Assembly: GCF_001194135.2 (NCBI RefSeq)
Contig: NC_069000.1
Span: forward strand, 39,531,853 to 39,595,852
DNA: 64,000 nt
Origin: Octopus bimaculoides
Taxonomy: Eukaryota
Direction of reading: 5' to 3'
Below the pieces are notes generated by a model that saw only the letters and a list, made by a program, of their open reading frames with translations, did no database searches and was not told the origin of the DNA. Of this stretch, positions 50,936 to 64,000 are shown piece by piece. The position numbers and the translations under genes are program-made. Numbering within the stretch: the first letter of the stretch is position 1; each line of letters opens with the position of its first letter.

Positions 50936-53175
50936 TTAGGGTAAAAGATTTTCTAACATTTTCCTTGTGATCGTTGTTGATTTTATTTATTCTGATATCG
51001 TTTGAAATAGCAAGGAGACAATAATACGAAATTGAATTAAATTGTATGCGTTGCTGAGATTGCAATCTGATAAGGTTCGTGAACCAACTGCAGTCGGATA
51101 TACCTCTGTTGCTTTATATGTCCGTGGATGCAACAGGTTCAAAGAAAGGGCTAGTAATACTTTATAGATGACTACACTCAAAGTGAGTTATACAGTCGCC
51201 AAAACACCAATTTCGAAACTTCTGGAAAAGTTGTTCCCGATGCAATGAGTCTGGAACAATTCTAAGTTCTTTTGGTAAATTCCTTGTTGGCGTCGCAAAA
51301 TATTTCATTAAAATTGATAGGGAAAATGGTTGATTGAAACGTAGCATTTCTTATAACGGTTAGCAGTAGCAAGGCATCTTCAGTGTTAGACATATTGCCT
51401 CCCAACAATTTTCTAGCTTTCAAGAAATTAATAAAATGTTATCAGCAACTTTGTGACTGGGTAGCTAACCAGAGTTATTTAAACGCCAGCGCCACATGGG
51501 GTCGCCTCCGTAAATTATTTACAAAGGTGAACCTTTGCATGCACAGCTAATATTTCCCTTGTTACTCATCTCAATAGACTTGTCAAGCAGCGTTGGAGCA
51601 CACAAACACAGACACACACGGACGCACAGACACACAAACACACAACCAAATACATACGCACAAACACATAAACACACATACACACGCCTGCGCACACACA
51701 CATGTGTATTAGCGAAAAAGTTACTTTTTACACAGGGTTTCGAAATAAGTTTCTAAGAATAGATTTTCTATTGCGACATTATTTAAAAACAACTATGTTA
51801 AAATCTGAAACTCTTAAATTTACATCTTCACTCTCCGCAACCTACTTGAAAATTTTAATAATGAGCGAAAAATTAATTTATAACTCGTTTACCGTTCTTC
51901 ATTTTATTTTGGCATTCATTGTTACGAATTTATTTTCGTTTGTAAAATCATTAAAGAACAAGAGTGTTAAAATCTCAAGTTCTGTAATTTATATCATCAG
52001 ACTCCGTAACGATCTTAAATTTGGAAATTATGTGAAATAAATAGACTTTTCGAAATCGTTTTTATTATTTTTAATACTAGGTCACCGAATAAATGTGTTA
52101 CATATAGTTTAGATTGCACACAGATTAAAATAAAATTACGTGTATGTCAGTTTTTGACTCTTCACACATTTTGGTGATAAAAATAATTAAAAATTCAGAA
52201 TCCTTTGCTGAAGTAGAAGCGTGACTCTGATCTGGCCGATTCTTTCGAATCAGCCTCTGAACGTTCCGTTTATATACTGCTTCATGTTTTCCACCAATGA
52301 TCAATTTTTGATTGACCATTGATACTGTAAAAAATTTTGTTCTCTATGTGGTATTTTTCTGTCTCTACTACAATTGTAGTTTTTAAGGGAGTTACACTCG
52401 CAACAGGAAATGTCAAATCTTTTTTTTTGCATTGTTCTTAAACATATTACACTTTGTTTGAAACGATGGCACATTTTTGCTATGCTTCACAGATTTTAGT
52501 AATGTTTGGTACTTTAGATAAAAGGTTGAAATTTTCGGTTTATGTGACTCAATCCTAGCACAAGGGATGAATGCCTTTTGCCAAAGAAGAATAATCTTCT
52601 CTGCTACAATCTTGACAATTTGTTTAATTGAAAGATCTTTCTTAACTACATCGTTTTCTTTTTGTCGTTCAAATAAAAGACGTTTTATTACGTCCTTGTT
52701 AGTTGGCAAAACTCGCTCGCTAAGATCACATGGGGTACCAAATATTGGGCATTCAATTGGCTTATGAGTCGTCACTAAATATAAACAACACTAAATTTAA
52801 CACCATCATTAATTTTAATACAATGGCCTAAAGTCAAGGCCAAAGCAGAAACCTTCACACATGTACGATGTACGTCCACAAGTCATGACCGTTGTAGTGG
52901 CACTGGAGAGAAGTTCACATTCTCCTTCTCTTCATAGTTCACACTCTCTTTTTCTTTATAGTCAAGATATTAGTCAATTGTATTGAAACTTGGTATACAT
53001 CCTTTTAAGGATACTATATTTACGGTTCTGCATTCTGCTTTGTACAGATATGTATTCGTTACGATTTATAATCCATGTAATCAAAAACTCGAACAAAAAC
53101 AGCGATTTTTAAAATTTTCAATTGCGTTGCATGGCCTGAAAAAATATCTGACCGCAAAATTCTTTATTACACCTT
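50936..53175 (-). mobile_element. Decayed, internally deleted hATm-like DNA transposon
   Basis: TTAGGGT end at 50936; ORF 52413-52775 CPIFGTPCDLSERVLPTNKDVIK..LWQKAFIP is followed by a Cys-rich C.C..C.C..K.P.RE..FL..Q motif and LIIGG; C-terminal ATEVYPTAVG/IRLQSQQ near 51.1 kb. The right boundary is approximate. Confidence 0.7.
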
Positions 53176-53239
53176 TCCTTTAACCATAATTTTCAAGAAA
53201 TATCGATTCTTTGTTACCAATTTTGCATTTTTCACACCA

Positions 53240-53380
53240 CCTTACCAAATCCACTAACAAGGCTTTGGTCGGCCCAAGGTTATAGCATAAAGCACTTGCC
53301 CAAGATGCCACGAACTGAAACTGAACCTGGAATCGTGTGGTTTGGAAGCAAATTTCTTACCACACAGCCACGCCTGCACT
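53240..53380 (-). mobile_element. CORE-like SINE, 5' half
   Basis: CTTTGGTCGGCCCAAGGTTATAG..CACTTGCCCAAGATGCCAC..CTTACCACACAGCCACGCCTGC. Confidence 0.8.
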
Positions 53381-54178
53381 TACGTGTACCACTTCTATCG
53401 ATTTTACGGTATATTGCCTTCAATGTTGTTTAAACATGCAGAATTTATAGCTAACACAGACCACACGTTTAGAGTTCAGCAGTATTGTAAATTTCACGTC
53501 TCATATTTTTTTTTTTTTTTTTTTTACTGTGTCAGATACGTTGACATTGTCATATATCACTTACACTGGAAAAATAGATAAAGTTACAAGACTAATTTGA
53601 AATGTCAATTAAAATCTGTCTACAGAACAGTTGATGATTTTTCTGAAATATACGTATGAATGAAATAATTTGTTACTCGCCTTCTCGTCTGAATTACCTA
53701 AGCTTTTTTATCTACTTTAGAAATGTTTACAACAAATCAATACATACTATTATCTCTACGAGTTTATTAACTGTAACCCAAAGCAAATAACATTTCACTG
53801 AAAGTGTATATATGTATTGTAATTGTAGTTGATATCATTTTCTGCGCTGGCGAGTTATTACATTTTTATCTCGCGCACACAATTAAATTCTAAAACTTTC
53901 TTGGGAAAAAAGAATTTCTTTTTCTTGTTTTAATAATAAATACATTTACGTGGTAGATAGAAAAACAAATCTCATTTCCCGTGGGCTATTCTACACGAAT
54001 CGTTAATTTATTACGATTAAAACATCATTGCCTCATTAGTTTCAACGATTATATTGTCTGAAATTATTTGACCAACTAGGTATTACTTATGTTCAAGGCG
54101 ATATCAAATCGCAAACTTTCTGGCAGTTTCAACAAATAACAGTGAACAATAAACACAAAGTTTAGACAAACGTTCTTG

Positions 54179-54261
<83 letters not shown>

Positions 54262-54570
54262 TATGTATGTATGTATGTATATATATATATATATTATCAT
54301 ATAATATGATACAATAAAACGTATGGTTTGTACCTAGTATCTTACTAGTAAAGCACGATGATTATCAAAGTTTCCATTATGTATTTGGTTAAGGCTTGTA
54401 TGAACGATTGTACATGCTCCATGCAACCTACGCGAGGGCGTTTATACATCCATATCCGTTAACGGTTACATTTGATATTTGTTTCGCTACACTGCGTGTT
54501 TGTTTTTTTTCCATCTGTTTTCCATATATATATATGTGCGTGGGTGTGTGGGTGTGTGTGTATGTGTATA

Positions 54571-54690
<120 letters not shown>

Positions 54691-54835
54691 CATATATATA
54701 TAGGAATTTATACATATATCGAAGAACTTTGTTGTCTACAGATAAATTCCTCTACATAATATCGAGGTCTCATTCATTCTTTTATTGTCTTACAATTACT
54801 ATTAATATATATACATATATATGTATATATGAGTG

Positions 54836-54868
<33 letters not shown>

Positions 54869-55621
54869 ATGCTTACATTATATTTACATATATGTACGTC
54901 AATATATATAAGTATATAGATATATGTGTATTTGGTACACCAGCATGACCACAATTTTAAACATGAAACAAGTCAAATAATTATATTTATATATATAGAA
55001 TTATATGTGTATATACATACATACTTACATACACACATACATAGTACGTACGTGTATACATACATACATACATACATACATACATACATACATACATACA
55101 TACATACATGCATACATATATACAAACGTACGTCCGTATACAAGGTTACTGAAACAAGCAGCAGATTGAATGATTGTGGAAGATTGACAGACAGAGAGAG
55201 AAGTAGAGAAAGAAGAGTAGACATCTATGTAAGAAGAAAAAAATATATGTGACGTATGAGGGATATAGATTTTCATAAAATCTAAACCGTCGTCTGCTTT
55301 TCTAAAGATCAAATATATCATTATTATTCCAAATTCTGATAATGATCATGAAATAAAGAATAGTTATGATTTGTTTGATCTAAATCGAGAGAAAACAAAA
55401 TAGAAAGAATATACTCAATGTATAGAATTAGTTAGTTACCACACCTAAATATGCATAATCACTCCAATATGCATTCTCTAGGAACGTATTGTGACTACCA
55501 TACACATATAATTATTAGGGATATGGTGGTGAGAGACGTACTGTGACTCGACAAAAAGGAAGGGAAACGGTTGTGCCTAAAATGACAACGGCTGATCAAT
55601 GGAGCATTTCGATTCGCTTAG

Positions 55622-55885
55622 TTTTATTCCTTTATTCTTTTACTTGTTTCAGGCATTTGACTGCGGCCATGACGGAGCACCGCTTTTGGTCGAGCAAATC
55701 GACCCCAGGACTTATTCTGTGTAAGCCTAATGCTTATTGTATCGGTCCCTTTTGCCGAACCGTTATGTTACGGGGTGGGGTAGGGGAAATCACAGACACA
55801 CAAACATAGACATATATATATATACATATATACGGCACGCTTCTTTCAGTTTCTGTCTACTAAATTCAAATTTATTCCACAAAAG
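55622..55885 (-). mobile_element. CORE-like SINE, 3' part
   Basis: TTTTACTTGTTTCAG.CATTTGACTGCGGCCATG..GCACCGC..GTCGAGCAAATCGACCCCAGGACTTATTCT. Confidence 0.85.
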
Positions 55886-56215
55886 TTTTGCCATCACTGC
55901 TGCACTCTCCCGTATCACCTGTTTCCACATAACTGTAATATATATATATATATACAAATTGTGCCGTTTTAATCCCGAGCAACGCCGGGCATCTTTGCTA
56001 GTATACATACACATATATATATATATTCACACACACACACGCACATATATTTATACATATCCATAGTTATATATAAATATCTGTATACATTTGCACATAT
56101 ATACATATATATATATGTGTGTGTGTGTGTGTATATATATATATACATATATCTATATATACATATACATATATACATTTATATATATATCCATATATAT
56201 ATGTATATATATATG

Positions 56216-56265
<50 letters not shown>

Positions 56266-56275
56266 NNNNNNNNNN

Positions 56276-56320
<45 letters not shown>

Positions 56321-56822
56321 GAGAGAGAGAGAGAAAGAAAGAATGAGATGCGTAATTACACATACAAATATAGATATATTCATACGTACATGCATAAACT
56401 CTGACGCATACACATACACACAAATACACACACACACCTATACACGCACCCACAAACATTCACAATGATGTAATAGATCAATTTAATGGACGAGGTAACT
56501 AATGGAGAGTGTATGGAATATATATGTTCAATGAAATTATCTGTTACTAGTGAGCGATTTAAGATTTTGGTGATATGCGATGTGTCAAAATTTGACATGG
56601 ATACATGATACACCTATAAAACATCAAAACAAATATGTCTACGTAAACAGAAGCATAAACGTATTCCTGATCCCCATATATTTGCACATAAAGATACTCT
56701 TATAAAGTTATACTTACAGAATGATATATATCAAATAACATACATACAAATACAGGTAACAATCTATACAGATAAGAATCTATACAAAACAATATTTTGC
56801 TCACAAACGTATATTATTATAT

Positions 56823-56931
<109 letters not shown>

Positions 56932-57077
56932 CACACATATGAGACTGAATGAGAGAGAGATAGAGAGAGCGAAAGAAAGAGGATGGTAAGTGCACGTGCG
57001 AATTGAGTTTGAATGAAAACTAATTTTCACTATTAGGACATTCAATGAATTTTTATATTCTTGCAGAATCCTGCATT

Positions 57078-57125
<48 letters not shown>

Positions 57126-57597
57126 CGTTTGTGCCTGTATGCGTTGATACTTTGCATGTTGTGAATTCCCGTGGACGTGTGTGCATGTGGACGTGTGTGC
57201 ATGTGCATATATGTGTATACACACGTGATTTTTACTTTCTAAATTGTGCTATGTATATATATATATATATATATGTTCACGGGTGTTTGTTTGTCTTTTA
57301 CTATCTCAATGTTGCTTCTACTCTATATTCAGATTTACTATTAGTGCGCATATGAGCTGGTCCATTAGGATTCAACGTTTACTTTTTTCAATCACTGAAC
57401 TGCGACAAAACTGGGATATATCCTAGAAGAAGAGTTCGGTTGAAAGTTGTCCTCTCTTTTGTAAAACTGCTAATTTATGTAGACGCAAACAAGCAAGCGG
57501 CAGCAGTAAATTGGAGACGGAGGTCAAGGATATCCCAAACACAAAGACACAAAATCACACATATACATACTCTTCTGCACGCACGCATAAACACACA

Positions 57598-57647
<50 letters not shown>

Positions 57648-58457
57648 NNNNNNNNNNNNNNNNNNNNNNNNNNNNNNNNNNNNNNNNNNNNNNNNNNNNN
57701 NNNNNNNNNNNNNNNNNNNNNNNNNNNNNNNNNNNNNNNNNNNNNNNNNNNNNNNNNNNNNNNNNNNNNNNNNNNNNNNNNNNNNNNNNNNNNNNNNNNN
57801 NNNNNNNNNNNNNNNNNNNNNNNNNNNNNNNNNNNNNNNNNNNNNNNNNNNNNNNNNNNNNNNNNNNNNNNNNNNNNNNNNNNNNNNNNNNNNNNNNNNN
57901 NNNNNNNNNNNNNNNNNNNNNNNNNNNNNNNNNNNNNNNNNNNNNNNNNNNNNNNNNNNNNNNNNNNNNNNNNNNNNNNNNNNNNNNNNNNNNNNNNNNN
58001 NNNNNNNNNNNNNNNNNNNNNNNNNNNNNNNNNNNNNNNNNNNNNNNNNNNNNNNNNNNNNNNNNNNNNNNNNNNNNNNNNNNNNNNNNNNNNNNNNNNN
58101 NNNNNNNNNNNNNNNNNNNNNNNNNNNNNNNNNNNNNNNNNNNNNNNNNNNNNNNNNNNNNNNNNNNNNNNNNNNNNNNNNNNNNNNNNNNNNNNNNNNN
58201 NNNNNNNNNNNNNNNNNNNNNNNNNNNNNNNNNNNNNNNNNNNNNNNNNNNNNNNNNNNNNNNNNNNNNNNNNNNNNNNNNNNNNNNNNNNNNNNNNNNN
58301 NNNNNNNNNNNNNNNNNNNNNNNNNNNNNNNNNNNNNNNNNNNNNNNNNNNNNNNNNNNNNNNNNNNNNNNNNNNNNNNNNNNNNNNNNNNNNNNNNNNN
58401 NNNNNNNNNNNNNNNNNNNNNNNNNNNNNNNNNNNNNNNNNNNNNNNNNNNNNNNNN

Positions 58458-58498
<41 letters not shown>

Positions 58499-59589
58499 TA
58501 CACACATACATAGAAATACACACACTCCTACACATACATATACATACATACACAGATATATACACTTACACATACATATATACCTACATATAGACTCCCA
58601 TATATACATATTAAGGTATCTGCCAGCTTCCAAATGGCTATTTCTGTACGCTATATATATTTTTTGAAGGTCTCGGCACTTCAAGCTTGCTGGAGTTAGG
58701 TCGTTTTCGGCCTTGTTCCCTTAATATAAGTATATACATATGTATATTATTATTAATTTAATGTGTAAATTACCTAGAAATCTTTATAGCATGCTGACTA
58801 CCTGATAAAAATCAGTAACGTAATTTTTATCCTTATATTCAATACATATACATAGCGTTCAGGAGTAGGCATTTGGAATCTGGCAGATACCTTAGTAGTC
58901 TAGGGTTCCGGCTAACGACATCGTGTCATAGAAAAATATAAAAGTGTTCATGATAAACGATTTCATGGTAATTTGCGTAATAATTAAATACTGAGTTCAC
59001 TTCATTTGATTTTCAGAGAATACAGAGTATTTATTCAATACATCATAGAAACAATAAAGATTTACATATCTTCAAAATTTGTTTATAAAAGTATTATTCT
59101 CAACGAATTCATTGATGTGAATTTCATAAGTATATACTCTATTGAAGTAGTTTTGAAGGTGTATAATTCTCCAGTCTTCTTTATGACACACACTCACACT
59201 CACACGCACACGCGCACGCACATAAACGCACAGATATATATANNNNNNNNNNNNNNNNNNNNNNNNNNNNNNNNNNNNNNNNNNNNNNNNNNNNNNNNNN
59301 NNNNNNNNNNNNNNNNNNNNNNNNNNNNNNNNNNNNNNNNNNNNNNNNNNNNNNNNNNNNNNNNNNNNNNNNNNNNNNNNNNNNNNNNNNNNNNNNNNNN
59401 NNNNNNNNNNNNNNNNNNNNNNNNNNNNNNNNNNNNNNNNNNNNNNNNNNNNNNNNNNNNNNNNNNNNNNNNNNNNNNNNNNNNNNNNNNNNNNNNNNNN
59501 NNNNNNNNNNNNNNNNNNNNNNNNNNNNNNNNNNNNNNNNNNNNNNNNNNNNNNNNNNNNNNNNNNNNNNTATATATATATATATATGC

Positions 59590-59790
59590 GTGTCTGTGTG
59601 TGTTTTGTGTTTGCTTCCCACTCTCGCTTGACAACCAGTGTTCGGCAAAATACAGTCCGATAGAACAAGTACCAGGTTTTAAAAAAGATTACTGCAGTCA
59701 ACTAGTTCGATTTAAAGAAAAAAAAAATTTTCACAGCCATGTCCCAGCACGGCTGCGGTCAAATTTCTGAAGCAAGCAAAAAATAAGAGA
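59590..59790 (+). mobile_element. CORE-like SINE, 3' part after a gap
   Basis: CGCTTGACAACCAGTG..TTCGGCAAAA..CCAGCACGGCTGCGGTCAAAT. Confidence 0.7.
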
Positions 59791-62149
59791 TTTTTGACTA
59801 TATTCAAAATGATACGTTGGGTTCTGTTCATAACTGCAGCAGTTATTTTTCTGAATGGCAGCGTCTTTAAACGCATATTCTCGATTGGTTGCAGTAACTT
59901 GTTTTTATATGAAATGAAGTGAATACACATATCATCCAGCACGTGAAGACATTACCAAAGAATGCAAAACTTATTCGAATGATAAAAATTAGCTGGTTGC
60001 GAATTGAGTATTAGATGTTGATATTTATAAATGACAACGCCAAAATGATATCAAATAAAATTATACATCAGTTATGCTTCAATAGAAAACGTGTTCAAAG
60101 AAGAAATCAAAAGTAACATTTTTATCCAATCGTTATTTTAGAAACGATAATTGATGTTTCTACAGAATTCGAAATACTTCAATTGTATTCAGCCCAACAC
60201 GGTTCATTGGCAACGTATTTCTTCATTGTTAGAAGAACAAGTGAATCAGAAATATAAAACAGTAGGATGCTCGGAAGAAAGGCTTTTAAACTGAAACCGC
60301 CATATTGATTCAAGAAGGTTTTATTAACATGAATTTTATTATTAGTTTTGTTGTTTTTGATATTGACGAAAATAATGGAAGAAGTATTTCCATTAAAATA
60401 TTAATAATGTATTTATTTATTAACAATACAAAGCTTCCAGAATGGTTTATGCTTATGTCTTTACAGAAATTCTCAATGTATTGTTTAGAGGAAGCCCCCA
60501 CCTCTGACCCACAGAAACAAATCAAATATCGAAGGAAAATTTTTGGTTCGATTATGATTTCGAATCAATTGGATATGTCGATCAGGATGTATTACAATAG
60601 GTCAGACGGGGGGGGGAGCGGGAAAAGGTAGATTTCCGGTTCAAATGCAATGATATATCAATAGGAATCCTTACGCGTTCTACGAATAGGTCTGATTATG
60701 ACTGACTATGCATTTCGAGATCGATAATCTATATGTTATGGTTGAATTAGGAAATACAAATGGAAGACGCGTGGCTTAGTTGGTAAGTTATTCGGCCCNN
60801 NNNNNNNNNNNNNNNNNNNNNNNNNNNNNNNNNNNNNNNNNNNNNNNNNNNNNNNNNNNNNNNNNNNNNNNNNNNNNNNNNNNNNNNNNNNNNNNNNNNN
60901 NNNNNNNNNNNNNNNNNNNNNNNNNNNNNNNNNNNNNNNNNNNNNNNNNNNNNNNNNNNNNNNNNNNNNNNNNNNNNNNNNNNNNNNNNNNNNNNNNNNN
61001 NNNNNNNNNNNNNNNNNNNNNNNNNNNNNNNNNNNNNNNNNNNNNNNNNNNNNNNNNNNNNNNNNNNNNNNNNNNNNNNNNNNNNNNNNNNNNNNNNNNN
61101 NNNNNNNNNNNNNNNNNNNNNNNNNNNNNNNNNNNNNNNNNNNNNNNNNNNNNNNNNNNNNNNNNNNNNNNNNNNNNNNNNNNNNNNNNNNNNNNNNNNN
61201 NNNNNNNNNNNNNNNNNNNNNNNNNNNNNNNNNNNNNNNNNNNNNNNNNNNNNNNNNNNNNNNNNNNNNNNNNNNNNNNNNNNNNNNNNNNNNNNNNNNN
61301 NNNNNNNNNNNNNNNNNNNNNNNNNNNNNNNNNNNNNNNNNNNNNNNNNNNNNNNNNNNNNNNNNNNNNNNNNNNNNNNNNNNNNNNNNNNNNNNNNNNN
61401 NNNNNNNNNNNNNNNNNNNNNNNNNNNNNNNNNNNNNNNNNNNNNNNNNNNNNNNNNNNNNNNNNNNNNNNNNNNNNNNNNNNNNNNNNNNNNNNNNNNN
61501 NNNNNNNNNNNNNNNNNNNNNNNNNNNNNNNNNNNNNNNNNNNNNNNNNNNNNNNNNNNNNNNNNNNNNNNNNNNNNNNNNNNNNNNNNNNNNNNNNNNN
61601 NNNNNNNNNNNNNNNNNNNNNNNNNNNNNNNNNNNNNNNNNNNNNNNNACGATGTATGAAGGTTCTGCAATTTCTTGCCGAACAATCACACAAATTATTT
61701 CTTTATATTGATCATGTTTGTGTAGGCATTTCTCTTTGTAGCTTTATAAACACGCTTTTTAATCATCCTTTAAAAGGAACTGATCATAATTTCGGAAACT
61801 AGTTTTATTGACTTTTAATGTTTGATGTTCAATACATGGAAATACGACGAAAGCATAAATTACGAAGGTATATAAAAGGAGAATGCAAAATAAAGTTTGA
61901 ACGTGTAGAATGAGAAAAACAAATTACAATGTTAAAGGAAATTTTCTTTTAGTAATCTCCTATTTTATGACATGCTAATCAGAAACTATAATCGAAGGAA
62001 TATTGAAAATAGATTTACCTCGGGGAGATCATTGCCCAGAAAATTGGACAGGAATTTTTTGACGTAACACGAAATATTAAACAGCATACGATTCTTCAGG
62101 AAGAAAAATACAAGGAGAAATAAAACGAAATATACGTAGCAGCATGCTT

Positions 62150-62560
62150 CCCTTCAGATACTCTACACTAGGAAAATCATATACAATGTATCCCTCTTAA
62201 TATAAATGGGAATTCACTTGAAGAACATTATTTGCCTCAAGCAAATATTTTGCGTTGGGCAATTTATGAGCGATGTCATTGGTTGAAATTTGCTGCATTT
62301 TAATCGACAAGAGAGCAAAGATAAAACAAAACAGAGAAGACCCTGTTTTAGCATGTGAATTTTAAATATTTTCATTAGGAAAATGCAAAGGACTTAACGA
62401 AAAGAAACTGCACAATGAAAGGTCTATAATGGGTTGAATAAGATACAGCATTTAATGAAAATGTTGTAATTTCGCAGAAAGGCACCCATCCCTATCTGAA
62501 ATATGTAAATCTTAACATAAAATCTGTCAGCATGGATTGGGAATTTATTTGCGTGAGGTT
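62150..62560 (+). pseudogene. Possible highly decayed ankyrin-repeat sequence
   Basis: Frameshifted pieces VSLLI*MGIHL, ANILRWAIYERCH, VEICCILIDKRAKIKQNREDPVLAC and QKGTHPYLK resemble ankyrin consensus segments. Confidence 0.25.
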
Positions 62561-62903
62561 GATTAGGGTATAATAGAAAGAAAGTGTATACAGATTTATA
62601 AAGATTGGAAGATATATGAGAAAAAGTAAATTTTCTCTCTCATACTGGATTTAGCGGTGGTCTGGGTGCATGTTACATTGAGGGACTTAAACATTTTTAT
62701 TTTATTTTATTCTTTTAGTCCCCATATGAGGTGTGCCATCTATTTATTTTTCACACACGAGGAATACCTAAGACTAGAATTGGTAGCATACCATAAAGAA
62801 TGCTACCGGCTATTTTGGAATTCTAAGGGTGAACGAGCTCTATTTGTACTCTTATGTGTTCTTAACAGAACACAATTCAACTATATACATACATATATAT
62901 ATT

Positions 62904-62964
<61 letters not shown>

Positions 62965-63442
62965 NNNNNNNNNNNNNNNNNNNNNNNNNNNNNNNNNNNN
63001 NNNNNNNNNNNNNNNNNNNNNNNNNNNNNNNNNNNNNNNNNNNNNNNNNNNNNNNNNNNNNNNNNNNNNNNNNNNNNNNNNNNNNNNNNNNNNNNNNNNN
63101 NNNNNNNNNNNNNNNNNNNNNNNNNNNNNNNNNNNNNNNNNNNNNNNNNNNNNNNNNNNNNNNNNNNNNNNNNNNNNNNNNNNNNNNNNNNNNNNNNNNN
63201 NNNNNNNNNNNNNNNNNNNNNNNNNNNNNNNNNNNNNNNNNNNNNNNNNNNNNNNNNNNNNNNNNNNNNNNNNNNNNNNNNNNNNNNNNNNNNNNNNNNN
63301 NNNNNNNNNNNNNNNNNNNNNNNNNNNNNNNNNNNNNNNNNNNNNNNNNNNNNNNNNNNNNNNNNNNNNNNNNNNNNNNNNNNNNNNNNNNNNNNNNNNN
63401 NNNNNNNNNNNNNNNNNNNNNNNNNNNNNNNNNNNNNNNNNN

Positions 63443-63478
<36 letters not shown>

Positions 63479-64000
63479 GCCTATCTCCTTTCTCTTACTC
63501 TATCTATCTCTCCGCGTCTCTTTCTCTTCTGTTTTTCTCTTTATCTCATTCTCTTACTTCGAATTGGTATTTCTTGCATTGAAAATGTCAGCCATATATC
63601 TTACTAAAACCAATAACATTCTATTTCTTGCCACTCCGTCTCTCATTTATTTCATTTAACAATTTTCTCACTGGACTGGTTGTAAGTAGTTGTCGTGAAA
63701 AGAACGCTGCTATGTTACTTAATACGAGGAAAACTTTTAATATATATCATTTACAGAGCAATTGTATTTCGTTAGTAACGTGAGCCGAAACAGGTTGTCA
63801 CGTTTCGTATTAATTGGTGAATTCACTATAATCTGATTGGATAATATGTCAGACTATCTGCCGAAGGTTTTTATTCTAAATAGGTAATACCTTATATCTA
63901 TGACGAAGACATTTATATATTTGTGGCTCAGACCAGTTAATTTTGACTAGGAATACTCTTAGATATACAACAATGCACTGGAAATATGTAGTACATATAT

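Noticed and set aside
62700-62736. 12-nt micro-exon (TCCCCATATGAG)
   Set aside because: Weak donor (GTGTGC); such patterns are common in AT-rich introns.

Overview
AT-rich, repeat-saturated eukaryotic DNA from a gapped short-read assembly (20 N-gaps, about 8 kb, mostly bordered by microsatellites or SINEs). The SINE families and microsatellite load resemble Octopus (coleoid cephalopod) genomes; this is recognition from memory, not a database result. No intact, recognisable protein-coding gene is present, and most ORFs in the supplied track are microsatellite or gap artefacts. The window holds many tRNA-derived SINEs of at least four types, decayed mariner/Tc1, hAT-like and hATm-like DNA transposons, a Tc1/mariner MITE, and RTE, CR1/L2-like and R4/NeSL-like LINE fragments. 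It also contains a possible promoter with a first exon near 11.7 kb, a few weak exon, pseudogene and small-ORF candidates, and a left-over Illumina adapter. The standout is a ~610-bp head-to-head palindrome at 43.3-43.95 kb. Each arm is a tRNA-headed, SINE-like unit carrying a Penelope-type minimal hammerhead ribozyme. Two further degenerate Penelope-type hammerhead motifs lie at 2.4 kb and 32.8 kb.
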